Notes: generated by a model from the sequence alone, not told the origin. A stretch of DNA of 62,460 nt from a virus (IMGVR_UViG_3300027852_000006:1-62460); one strand, 5' to 3'. Positions 9,782-18,156 are shown, numbered from the stretch's first letter. Numbers and translations: made by a program.

Positions 9782-9973
9782 TCATCCTTTTCTGGCCTTC
9801 AAGCGAGATGCCAAACATGTTATAACGCATAATAACAATACTGTAGCGTAGAGGCAGATTGCTATGTAATTAACTTCTGGCTTCCAGTAAAAAAATAACA
9901 ATGCTATACTAGTACCCGACACTATCACCATTTGCGCCCATAAACAAATGTCAATCAATTTGTCTGTATTCAT
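9782..9973 (-). CDS. Small two-TM membrane protein
   Basis: Two hydrophobic stretches; gaaaggatg RBS. Confidence 0.6.
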   Translation of the reverse strand: MNTDKLIDICLWAQMVIVSGTSIALLFFYWKPEVNYIAICLYATVLLLCVITCLASRLKARKG

Positions 9974-9985
9974 TATTTCATCCTT

Positions 9986-10234
9986 TCATGAAAGCCGGGG
10001 AGAGCCCGCTAAGTAAGACAAGAAAAATATCCAGCCTGCTGCGGAACAAGCAATGCCAGGCATAACACACAACATCGCACCCGTGAAGTATATATAAGCC
10101 GATAAAGAGGACACATCACATTCGTGTGCTGATACCCACAAAATCCATCCAATGAATAGCAACACAGCACCAATACTCAACAGTATTACTATTCGTAGCC
10201 ACGCCCAACTGCTAGTAGATTTGCCTATATTCAT
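9986..10234 (-). CDS. Small two-TM membrane protein, family C (copy 1)
   Basis: W..I...IGA.LLF.G...CDV...SAY.Y...PG motif. Confidence 0.7.
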   Translation of the reverse strand: MNIGKSTSSWAWLRIVILLSIGAVLLFIGWILWVSAHECDVSSLSAYIYFTGAMLCVMPGIACSAAGWIFFLSYLAGSPRLS

Positions 10235-10279
10235 TGTTTCATCCTTTCATAAATGCCGACTGGTTTATTAACTGTTTTT

Positions 10280-10537
10280 TTAATAAGAAAAATCTTTATC
10301 GAAGAAAAACAATAGGAATACTAAACCTACCGAGAAACAAACGACGCCTGGCAGAGCACACAACAAGCTAATGGCATAGAAATAAGCTGATATAAGGTAC
10401 ACGTCGCACGTATATGCTTCTGGCAGTAGCTTTACGCTACAGAATATCAATGTCCCACCGATGAGTATCAGTAGTATTATCCATGCCCACCTGTCGATAT
10501 GTTTGTTTGTACTCATTGTTTCGTTTCTCCTCACCAA
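10280..10537 (-). CDS. Small two-TM membrane protein, family C (copy 2)
   Basis: Same motif (TCDVYLISAYFY...LPGV). Confidence 0.7.
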   Translation of the reverse strand: MVRRNETMSTNKHIDRWAWIILLILIGGTLIFCSVKLLPEAYTCDVYLISAYFYAISLLCALPGVVCFSVGLVFLLFFFDKDFSY

Positions 10538-10776
10538 TCAAAAAAGTCTTTAGAGCAAGACACCGAGACTATCAAGCCTACTATGAGACAAACAATACCT
10601 GGTATAGTGTATAGTATTATACTCATGACGTAAAGACAAACTGGCACGGTGTCCATCTCGTACTCACATGTTAATATCGTTAGTTGCTTGCCGTAGAATA
10701 ACAATGTCGCACCAATGCCTAGTATTATCATCACCTGCATCCACATCCGTTGGTTAATATATTCGCGTACATTCAT
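10531..10776 (-). CDS. Small two-TM membrane protein, family C (copy 3)
   Basis: IGATLLFYG...LY..SII...IPGIVC. Confidence 0.7.
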   Translation of the reverse strand: MNVREYINQRMWMQVMIILGIGATLLFYGKQLTILTCEYEMDTVPVCLYVMSIILYTIPGIVCLIVGLIVSVSCSKDFFDW

Positions 10777-10780
10777 CGTT

Positions 10781-11227
10781 TCATCCTTTCAACATTGCCT
10801 TGCTTTTTTTGATCTTACCATCTTCGAACCAATACCAGTAGTCAGATTCGATCTTCATGTTTTTTATTTTTCCGCCAACCTTTGCATGGTATATACCTAT
10901 AATAATATACGATTCGTCCTCTATTCGCCAGTCGACTAAAATAATCCATCCATTTTCGACTCTGGCTTTGGAGTGTTCCCCTAGGGCACAAGATATCGAG
11001 TTAAATCCTCTGGTACTAGCGTTAGATTCATAACCAACAGTAATAGCATGGGAGCTATTGCCATTAGCAAATGAGTGAGCTTCGTCGCCATTGGTGTATG
11101 CGTGGGACACAAAACCATAGGTGCTGGCATGAAAACCATTCTCGCTGGTGCTGACATGAAAATTGTAACCATTGTCTTGGGTACTAGTCATTTTCCCTAT
11201 TTCATCTTCGTTATCTTCTACGCTCAT
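10781..11227 (-). CDS. Ser/Gly repeat solenoid protein, family B (copy 3)
   Basis: SISCALGEHSKARVENGWIILVDW...AKVG...YWYWF. Confidence 0.7.
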   Translation of the reverse strand: MSVEDNEDEIGKMTSTQDNGYNFHVSTSENGFHASTYGFVSHAYTNGDEAHSFANGNSSHAITVGYESNASTRGFNSISCALGEHSKARVENGWIILVDWRIEDESYIIIGIYHAKVGGKIKNMKIESDYWYWFEDGKIKKSKAMLKG

Positions 11228-11253
11228 AAGGTTTCACCCCTTTCTGTCTTGTC

Positions 11254-11532
11254 TTACTTTTCATCCTTTATTTGTGGCACCCCTTGAGGTGTCAACCACT
11301 TCCTACTTATTACATATTTTATTTTTGATCTATCGCCTTTTTCTTCGCCTTCGGCTGGCTCGAACCATCGCACTTCATAACCGTCTTGTCTGTCTTTTTG
11401 TATTTTCTCTTTAAGCTGTTTAAGCGTTGGACCGAAGATTTTCTCTTTACGCTCGTCTAGGGATGGTGGTTGTATCTGTGTCATGTGATTGCGTGCGTCT
11501 TTATTCGTTTTCATGCTCTGTTCCCTTCCCAT
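11254..11532 (-). CDS. Hypothetical protein
   Basis: Operonic ORF; likely start MTQIQPPSL. Confidence 0.5.
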   Translation of the reverse strand: MGREQSMKTNKDARNHMTQIQPPSLDERKEKIFGPTLKQLKEKIQKDRQDGYEVRWFEPAEGEEKGDRSKIKYVISRKWLTPQGVPQIKDEK

Positions 11533-11758
11533 ATCGTACGCTGTTTGGGTCTTTGCTCTCTGCTTCCAGAATATTTTTTGTTGTGATCATTATACTATCT
11601 GGGTCTGTCGAGAAGAGCCATTCATACCAGTCCTCTATATACTTTTTATGTGTATCTTCTATCAACTGCTGAACTGCACTGTTCATAAACTCTACAAGAT
11701 TATCGCCTAGGGACGGTGTTTGTTTCTGTGTCATGTTACTACTCTGCCTTTTTTGCAA
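11501..11758 (-). CDS. Hypothetical protein
   Basis: Operonic ORF; likely start MTQKQTPSL. Confidence 0.5.
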   Translation of the reverse strand: MQKRQSSNMTQKQTPSLGDNLVEFMNSAVQQLIEDTHKKYIEDWYEWLFSTDPDSIMITTKNILEAESKDPNSVRYGKGTEHENE

Positions 11759-12215
11759 GTGCTTTAGCTATTAACACTTGGATTTGGTGGAATGTCTCTT
11801 TGAGAGTTTGCGATTCTTCTCTGATTTTATGGAAATTCATGACGTTCTTGTCTGCGCTGGAGTTGTATTCGGCCTTCTCTGTACGTAGTTTACATAACTG
11901 AATAACGGCGGCACGGAATATGTGCATATAAGTTGTCTCTTGTACGCCGTTTGTTTGGCCTCTAACTATATGCTGTGCTGCTATCATATTACTGCATTGG
12001 GCTACTGTGGCGTCTGGGTAGTCAGTGTAGAAGCCCGCACTAGCTACTGCATCGTCCTTTTGCTGGTATGATGCTTTTTCCCAACATGGTTGTTCTTTGA
12101 AACTTACAAGTTCATTATATGCACGAGCTATCTCATACGCCGCCTTTGCTAGTTGTGTGCGGTTTATTTGTATTATCATTTTGTGTCCTTTCGTTTGCCT
12201 AGGCTCACTCGACAT
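11739..12215 (-). CDS. Hypothetical protein
   Basis: Operonic ORF; AKAAYEIARAY...QPCWEKA motif. Confidence 0.6.
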   Translation of the reverse strand: MSSEPRQTKGHKMIIQINRTQLAKAAYEIARAYNELVSFKEQPCWEKASYQQKDDAVASAGFYTDYPDATVAQCSNMIAAQHIVRGQTNGVQETTYMHIFRAAVIQLCKLRTEKAEYNSSADKNVMNFHKIREESQTLKETFHQIQVLIAKALAKKAE

Positions 12216-12612
12216 TTGCTTTTATCATGATACCTTTTATCTGTTCCACTTTCAGAGTTGCTGGAAATCTATAAGATACGGTTTCCATGTTAGTGTCACC
12301 TTTTAGCTTCTCCACATCGTCATTGACCATGTCCTTGTCACTGGCCTGTAAATACACAATGGAGTATTCCGGTGTTTTATTGTATATTTTCTCTGGTCTT
12401 TTTTTGCAATTTTCCATCTCCATCTTGTCGTATTCCGATTTCAATTTTGCGACTCGCTCCTCAATGTCAGACACGAGAGACTTGACCTCTTCTTTCACAT
12501 CGGCAAGTTTCTCTGCCAAAGCGTTTGCTATGTCTGTTTTCACAAAAGCCGCCTTGCCTAAGAGGTCTATTTCTTGTTCCATTGTTTTTATTTTCTGAGA
12601 TTTTTGGGTCAT
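12205..12612 (-). CDS. Coiled-coil hypothetical protein
   Basis: Heptad-like charged helix. Confidence 0.6.
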   Translation of the reverse strand: MTQKSQKIKTMEQEIDLLGKAAFVKTDIANALAEKLADVKEEVKSLVSDIEERVAKLKSEYDKMEMENCKKRPEKIYNKTPEYSIVYLQASDKDMVNDDVEKLKGDTNMETVSYRFPATLKVEQIKGIMIKANVE

Positions 12613-12616
12613 TGTT

Positions 12617-12868
12617 TCATTCCTTTATTTGTGGCGTGTAGTGTTCCTGGTAGTCACCACCAGGGCCAAAGACACACAGCGGGGCATCATTGATTGCCTT
12701 GATCTCCTTGAGGTCCTTCTCTAAAGCCTCGAGTACCTTCTCTGACGTGGTAAGTATTTTGTTTAGCACCTTCTCTGCCGCGTCTGTGTTTCCGAGAATG
12801 CTTTCAAGTAATTCGTCGATTTCTTTATTCATTGTTTTTGTCCCTTCTGAAATAATAGATAACCACAC
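12617..12868 (-). CDS. Hypothetical protein
   Basis: Operonic ORF. Confidence 0.5.
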   Translation of the reverse strand: MWLSIISEGTKTMNKEIDELLESILGNTDAAEKVLNKILTTSEKVLEALEKDLKEIKAINDAPLCVFGPGGDYQEHYTPQIKE

Positions 12869-13067
12869 ATGAACTGAGGAAAAGAATACATGGTATCGTG
12901 AATAGCACCACGCTTATAATGTTGAGGTATACTGATATGGACTCTATGTCGCATCCACGTGCTAATTTCAGCAGACACGAACCAGAGAGAATCGATGCCA
13001 TACCGATAGCCATCATCATCATTATCTGTGCCCATTTGTCAATGTCATTGTCACTGAGCATTGCCAA
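12825..13067 (-). CDS. Small two-TM membrane protein, family C (copy 4)
   Basis: IDKWAQI...IG...G...GCDIESISVYL...IPC. Confidence 0.65.
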   Translation of the reverse strand: MAMLSDNDIDKWAQIMMMMAIGMASILSGSCLLKLARGCDIESISVYLNIISVVLFTIPCILFLSSCVVIYYFRRDKNNE

Positions 13068-13117
13068 CCCTTTTGTTGTCCCTTCTGGATATCATTGTAG
13101 GTGTTTTGTTTTTACCT

Positions 13118-13945
13118 TTACATCCGCGTGAATTTAGTTTTATGGGACGTTGTAACGATCCCGCCAGCTTTGATATCTTCGTAGGGCACAATCTTCCCGC
13201 CGAATTCAATACTTCCGTAGGTTTTAATGTCCCCACCGGCTTCAACTCTTTCGGTTGATATAAGTTCCCCACCGATTATGATATCCCCGCTAACATACAG
13301 CGGTTTATCAAGGTCGATGTGTAGCGATTCATCCGACTTGATCGAGCCATTGATTCTGTATGGCTGTTCAGGACCAGCATCAATTAACCTATTATGCGAT
13401 TTGTTGATTATCTCTGTCTCAACTTGATCTGTGCCCTGATTCCTGTTAATCCCAACGACAATACTCAATCCCACATCCAGCTTGGTTTTATAAATAACCC
13501 GTGAACAGCTAACGGTTTTGCCTGCTTCAACGCTCCCGCCCGATATAATGTCTTTGCTGGCTTCAATGCTTTCTTCCACTTTAATGTTCCCGCCAGCTTC
13601 TAGGACTCCTTCGAGTATAATGCTTTCCCCAGCTGTAATGTTTTTGCCCGCTCTAAGACTGCCGTCGGCTTTAATGGTTTTGCCAGATTTAATATTTTTC
13701 CCAGCTTGGATTCTTCCACCAGATATCATGTATCCGCGAGACACAACGCTCTTGGTTGCTATAATATCTCCATTGCAAATAATGTCTGTGTTCGATTTGA
13801 TGCTGCCGCCAGATTTCAAGTCTCCGACGACAAATAGAGGTCTGTCAAGTTTGATATATATTGATTCCTTCGACTCGACTGAGCCAACAATCTTATACCC
13901 ATGCTCGAAAACCTCTAACCTCTTGTACTTTTTGTTGATTTTCAT
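13118..13945 (-). CDS. Beta-helical repeat protein, family A (copy 4; two units fused)
   Basis: N-cap occurs twice (LDRPLFV and LDKPLYV). Confidence 0.8.
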   Translation of the reverse strand: MKINKKYKRLEVFEHGYKIVGSVESKESIYIKLDRPLFVVGDLKSGGSIKSNTDIICNGDIIATKSVVSRGYMISGGRIQAGKNIKSGKTIKADGSLRAGKNITAGESIILEGVLEAGGNIKVEESIEASKDIISGGSVEAGKTVSCSRVIYKTKLDVGLSIVVGINRNQGTDQVETEIINKSHNRLIDAGPEQPYRINGSIKSDESLHIDLDKPLYVSGDIIIGGELISTERVEAGGDIKTYGSIEFGGKIVPYEDIKAGGIVTTSHKTKFTRM

Positions 13946-14004
13946 TGTTTCATCCCTTCAATAAATAATGCTTTTGCCTGCACTGGCTTCGCCGCTGGAT
14001 TTAA

Positions 14005-14706
14005 TTACTTAGTTCTGTTGCTTGATTTAATGCTACCAGCCACATTGGTGTTCTCAGGCTTGGGAATCATCCCGCCTGCTACAACATTCCCGTCGGATGT
14101 GAGGTAGATACATTCAATGTATTTCGCCACAATAACATCCTTGGCTGCGGTAATATGACCAATAGCCGCGATATAGCCGTCGGATTGTATTTTGCCGCCG
14201 GATTGCATGGATTTAGACGTCGATATATTGCCGCCCGATTCAATGCCTAATCCGACAAAAATATCTTTTCCGGCGCTGATGTCTTTGTCCGCAGTAAGGC
14301 TCCCTTTAACCTTAATCCCCCCATCCGTAACGATTGTCCCGTCGGATTGTATGTGCCCGTCGGATTCTATGGTTCTTGATGCAGCTATTTTGCCACCGGC
14401 TGTAATGCCGTCGACTGCATATATAGATTTATCCGACCCAATAGAACCGTCCACCTTGAGGCTGCCGCCCACACTTATGCACCCTTCTGCGTCAATGAGC
14501 CCAGAGACTTCCAGACTATTAAGTGACTCAAGGTTCCCGCCTACCCTGATGTTGCCTTGCAAAAACAGCGGTTTGTCGAGTTCGATTTTTACGTTGGTAT
14601 TACCGTCTATTCGATAACCTGCGTAGATATCTCCCGTGAATTTGTACGATTCACCATTGCCGACAAGGCCTTTGAGCGATGTGTCAATTTTTATGGTCTC
14701 TTCCAT
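14005..14706 (-). CDS. Beta-helical repeat protein, family A (copy 5; first early gene)
   Basis: IKIDTSLKGLV...ELDKPLFL plus repeats; start MEETIK at 14706. Confidence 0.8.
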   Translation of the reverse strand: MEETIKIDTSLKGLVGNGESYKFTGDIYAGYRIDGNTNVKIELDKPLFLQGNIRVGGNLESLNSLEVSGLIDAEGCISVGGSLKVDGSIGSDKSIYAVDGITAGGKIAASRTIESDGHIQSDGTIVTDGGIKVKGSLTADKDISAGKDIFVGLGIESGGNISTSKSMQSGGKIQSDGYIAAIGHITAAKDVIVAKYIECIYLTSDGNVVAGGMIPKPENTNVAGSIKSSNRTK

Positions 14707-14772
14707 TTTTTTAATCCCTTCTAAATGAAATCTTAACTTTCTAACCCACCACAACAGTAGGCTCTATTGTTA

Positions 14773-14801
14773 AGTATATCGTCAAAACATATAAAAGTCA
14801 A
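14773..14801 (-). promoter_or_regulatory. Sigma70-type early promoter
   Basis: TTGACT-17bp-TATACT on the - strand, upstream of the leftward operon. Confidence 0.75.
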
Positions 14802-15748
14802 TAGAAAAATATATATTTAATATGATTTTGTTCTAAGCATAGCAATACCAACAGGTTATACCAAAAAAAAGATTATAGAAAAACAACTGTTTTTTTGCAG
14901 ACGTGCTAATTTCCAGGGAACGCAAAAAGAATTGTAAACGTAAAATTGGATTTGTTTTTTATCTGTGATTGTAAGTATAGTAAAGACAATACTTTACAGA
15001 ATGAGCCATATAGGGGGACTGTGCTTGGTAGTGATTTTGGACTGAAATTGGGTAAATTTGGATAATAGTGATTGTGATTTGATTGTGTTTGTGATAAGAA
15101 GGTAATAAGGTTTAGTAGTTAATTTGAGCGATTAACGTGATAGATAACACACAGGGGTCGTCAACTGATCTTCGTTCAGCTGCCGACACACGTTAGAATA
15201 TTTTTCAGAGAATAGAAGAGAAGAATATGATATGCTTGTTTTCTCGTTTTGGGAATATAGGTAATATAGGGACATAAGAGAAAGATTGTAGTCTACTATA
15301 GTTCTGGAATACCCATCCCATCCCGTCCGCCCAACCCATGGTAAAAACTTTATTTATGTTTGTCTATAAGAAAAGAAACTTTTTTTAACTTCTTTGTTTG
15401 CTGGTAGTTATGGGTGTTTGGAGTTTGTTTTCTTTTGCTAAAAGTAAGCAACTCAAATAATTGCAGGGACGTTTTCGGGTGTTTTTATGCTCATTTTCGC
15501 TGAAAATCTGCGTTTTTGGGTTGTTATGGGGGTTTTTGGGGATAAAACTGCTATAGTCACTAAAAAACAGGTAATTCATAGACATTGAGAATACCTGCAA
15601 ATATGGGTAATTGCGATAAAAACTGCGTAAAAAATCAAGAAACAAGCTAAACTGAAAGCAAAACTGCGCAAAAAGGTGCAAAAAACTTTGATTAAAAATC
15701 ATCAAAAACCTGCTTTACGTGCGTGTATGGCTGTTTTTGGTGTTAAAC

Positions 15749-15781
15749 ACGTAACGGATACGTAACGGATACGTAACGGAT
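15749..15781 (+). repeat. 3 x 11-bp tandem repeat ACGTAACGGAT (iteron-like)
   Basis: Seen directly; reverse complement of the repeats inside the initiator gene. Confidence 0.9.
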
Positions 15782-15839
15782 GCGGCCCGTTTGCGTAATG
15801 TACGCGGGCATAGACTGTAACTACCTTATCGATGGTTAT

Positions 15840-15864
15840 AAAAAAGGGCCCAATTAAGGGCCCG
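15840..15864 (-). terminator. Intrinsic terminator
   Basis: GGGCCC-TTAATT-GGGCCC followed by a T run on the - strand. Confidence 0.75.
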
Positions 15865-15905
15865 GAAGAATCACCCGCACGGATAGCCGTGGTTCGGATT
15901 CTGAT
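15840..15905 (-). ncRNA. Putative ~65-nt small RNA
   Basis: Consensus promoter, stem-loop gaatc..cacgg/ccgtg..gattc, terminator, no ORF. Confidence 0.55.
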
Positions 15906-15911
15906 ACATGT

Positions 15912-15940
15912 ATTATAGCCTGTTATGTTGACTGTGTCAA
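15912..15940 (-). promoter_or_regulatory. Perfect-consensus sigma70 promoter
   Basis: TTGACA-17bp-TATAAT on the - strand. Confidence 0.85.
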
Positions 15941-15949
15941 ATTATAAGT

Positions 15950-15978
15950 TTGACAATTTATCAAGGCCTGTCTATTAT
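15950..15978 (+). promoter_or_regulatory. Near-consensus sigma70 promoter
   Basis: TTGACA-17bp-TATTAT on the + strand, back-to-back with the previous promoter. Confidence 0.8.
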
Positions 15979-15984
15979 ATAGAT

Positions 15985-16190
15985 AGACTTCTCTGTCAGC
16001 GGCAGTGGAAGATATCAAGGCCCGCGTGGAGCCAGCCTGGCGAATCTGCGTCAACGAGTATTCTACTGCCACGGGTGTAGTAAGAATATCAGTCGCCGTC
16101 GGTGTGAATTGGCGGCGACGGCTTTATAGCTCATCTGCCAGGTGCAGAAGTGAGAAACGGCGTCGTCCGGTTGGCGGCGTCAGTTTTTTT
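15985..16190 (+). ncRNA. Putative ~200-nt multi-hairpin RNA
   Basis: Promoter upstream; hairpins tattct..agaata, gtcgccgtc..ggcggcgac, ctcatctgc..gcagaagtgag; terminator ggcgtcgtc..ggcggcgtc followed by T7. Confidence 0.55.
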
Positions 16191-16415
16191 ATGCTCGGAC
16201 CTCGATGAGACTGTGCTCGCACCTCAGCAGCTTATTGACACAAATGAAAAACCGGCGGAGACTCGTAAAAGCCTGCCGCCGGCCAAGAGGAGGAGGAAAA
16301 CGCTCGATTCGTTAATGATTTTTACGTTGTAAAGTCACAGAATTTTGCACGTCAACGCACTTTATGTCTTAAGCGTTCAACTCAACATTGTCAACGATTT
16401 AACCCAGTCAACGAT

Positions 16416-16727
16416 TTAACCCACAGTTATGGCCGTTGATCGATTGGTGTAGACACGCAATCCATCAGTCCAGAACCATTCATATTCCTCGGTCATGGCC
16501 ACACAAGCGATTGTAACGAATGGTCCATAGTCAACGCATAACCCTGTATTTTTGCCGCTACGCCGATTTTTACCGCTGCCACGCCCGCCGCCTTTACCAC
16601 CACTTGGGCCACCTGACGGACAAGCTCCTGTCTTTTTACCACCACGACGCCCGCCTGGTTTACCTTTACCGCCGCCACTGCCGTCTTGTGGTCTGGAACC
16701 ACCGCCCGGCCTTGTTTTTTTAGCCAT
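16416..16727 (-). CDS. Gly/Lys/Arg-rich protein with a C-terminal cement-protein-like segment
   Basis: Start MAKKTR with aaggat RBS; ends VDYGPFVTIACVAMTEEYEWFWTDG. Confidence 0.6.
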   Translation of the reverse strand: MAKKTRPGGGSRPQDGSGGGKGKPGGRRGGKKTGACPSGGPSGGKGGGRGSGKNRRSGKNTGLCVDYGPFVTIACVAMTEEYEWFWTDGLRVYTNRSTAITVG

Positions 16728-16892
16728 AATCATATCCTTTATTGCTATTTTTTGCCCCAATCCCACAGAACGCACCAGAATGCCCCAGAATGGACGACAG
16801 TGCGAAAAAGGTACATTGATACGTCTTGGTGCCTGTTTTGCCCGATCGTGGCAATCTGGGGCGATTATTATTTCATTTCCTCACTAAAACCA

Positions 16893-17075
16893 TCAGATCA
16901 TCGTTCTACGCAAATTACGCAGAATACGCAGAATGTTCCAAGCAAAAAACCGGCAACGGCTCATTAAAGCCTGCCACCAGCTAGAGGAGGCTGGAAATAC
17001 TTGATATTGCCGACGATCACCGCCAACCCAGAACCACCCATAACGATCATCAGTATCCTGTCTTTTTTCCGCCAT
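16893..17075 (-). CDS. Micro-protein with a cement-protein-like motif
   Basis: TDDRYGWFWVGG...YQ..P; aaggt RBS. Confidence 0.5.
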   Translation of the reverse strand: MAEKRQDTDDRYGWFWVGGDRRQYQVFPASSSWWQALMSRCRFFAWNILRILRNLRRTMI

Positions 17076-17190
17076 GGTCTACCTTATAATATATAATCAA
17101 GGCATTTTCAAGGGTTATTTGAAATAAGGTGGTAAAATGTATACATTATATGTATCTTGGTCTATGATTGGGCAACTTTTGTAAAGTTTA

Positions 17191-17931
17191 TTGTCAAATA
17201 GGAGACAAGGTATCATGGTAAAGAAATACGAAGAATACCCCCTGAAACAGGCTTTGCTGAGAGTAGACTTTCAGAATCCACTGGCTGGCTATGAGAACGG
17301 TGTTTGTCCCGCGGTAGAGCAAGCCATGCAAGAAACATTCCCTGGCAAGATGGAGCAAGCCACACAGCAAGATATGTGGGTGTGGGCGTATTTTTCAAAA
17401 GACGGCAAAAAACGGGCACAAATCGAACCAACCGCATTTTATATCAAATACAACAATACATGCAATAATCATGAAACGCTCATAAAGGACTTTAGTCTGG
17501 TGTTTAATGCCATAATAAAGCACTATCAAGACTTGGATATAACAAGAATCGGCTTAAGGTACGTTGACGAAATGGAAATAAGGGAATCAGACTTTTTTGG
17601 TTGGAAAGAATACCTTAGCCCTGAGTTGTATTCTATTCTTAGTTTGCCTGATAACAATGATCAACAATATATATCAAGAGCTCTTTCGGTTCTTGAGTTT
17701 AACTATGGCGACCATAACCTGATATTAAAATATGGCCGGCATAACCCAGATTACCCATCACCGATAAGGCGAAAGGTGTTTCTCTTGGATTCTGATGCTT
17801 ATAAGCAAGATGCTATACCTGAATCCGATGTTTTAAGCACTATTGAGCAATTACACAGTTGCGTTGACAATTTGTTAAACAAGAGGGTTTTAATCTCCGA
17901 GCCCTGGGAAGCTATGTATGGTAAGGGATAA
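17191..17931 (+). CDS. TIGR04255-like protein
   Basis: PLKQALLRVDF...ITRIGLRYVD...FLLDSDAY. Confidence 0.7.
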   Translation: MSNRRQGIMVKKYEEYPLKQALLRVDFQNPLAGYENGVCPAVEQAMQETFPGKMEQATQQDMWVWAYFSKDGKKRAQIEPTAFYIKYNNTCNNHETLIKDFSLVFNAIIKHYQDLDITRIGLRYVDEMEIRESDFFGWKEYLSPELYSILSLPDNNDQQYISRALSVLEFNYGDHNLILKYGRHNPDYPSPIRRKVFLLDSDAYKQDAIPESDVLSTIEQLHSCVDNLLNKRVLISEPWEAMYGKG

Positions 17932-18156
17932 CGTCCAAGGTATCAAATGAGGTGTAGGCGATGAGCAAGAAAAAGAGCAAACTGTTTCGATCATTGCAGG
18001 AATATCGGGATTTTTATCGTAATCCCCCACCAAGGGAAAAAGTGGCAAGAAACAAATATTACCAGATGGGGGTAGATGCTGTCCGTCTGGCTCTCAAGCG
18101 ATTGCCAGCAAAGGAGTTATAAGTTTGTTTCCATTTTCTGCAAGATGTATACAAAG

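Noticed and set aside
15385-15705. 106-aa - strand ORF
   Set aside because: Phe/Lys-biased product of A/T tracts with no RBS; probably non-coding
14800-16400. tRNA or tmRNA genes in the large intergenic region
   Set aside because: No cloverleaf with a T-loop GTTCRA and acceptor stem was found by eye
16391-16423. 17-bp tandem duplication (tcaacgatttaaccca)
   Set aside because: Only two copies at a gene end; likely slippage with no further support
16462-16535. DGR template/variable repeat pair with 31284-31360
   Set aside because: Mismatches are not adenine-specific, there is an indel, and no reverse transcriptase is present
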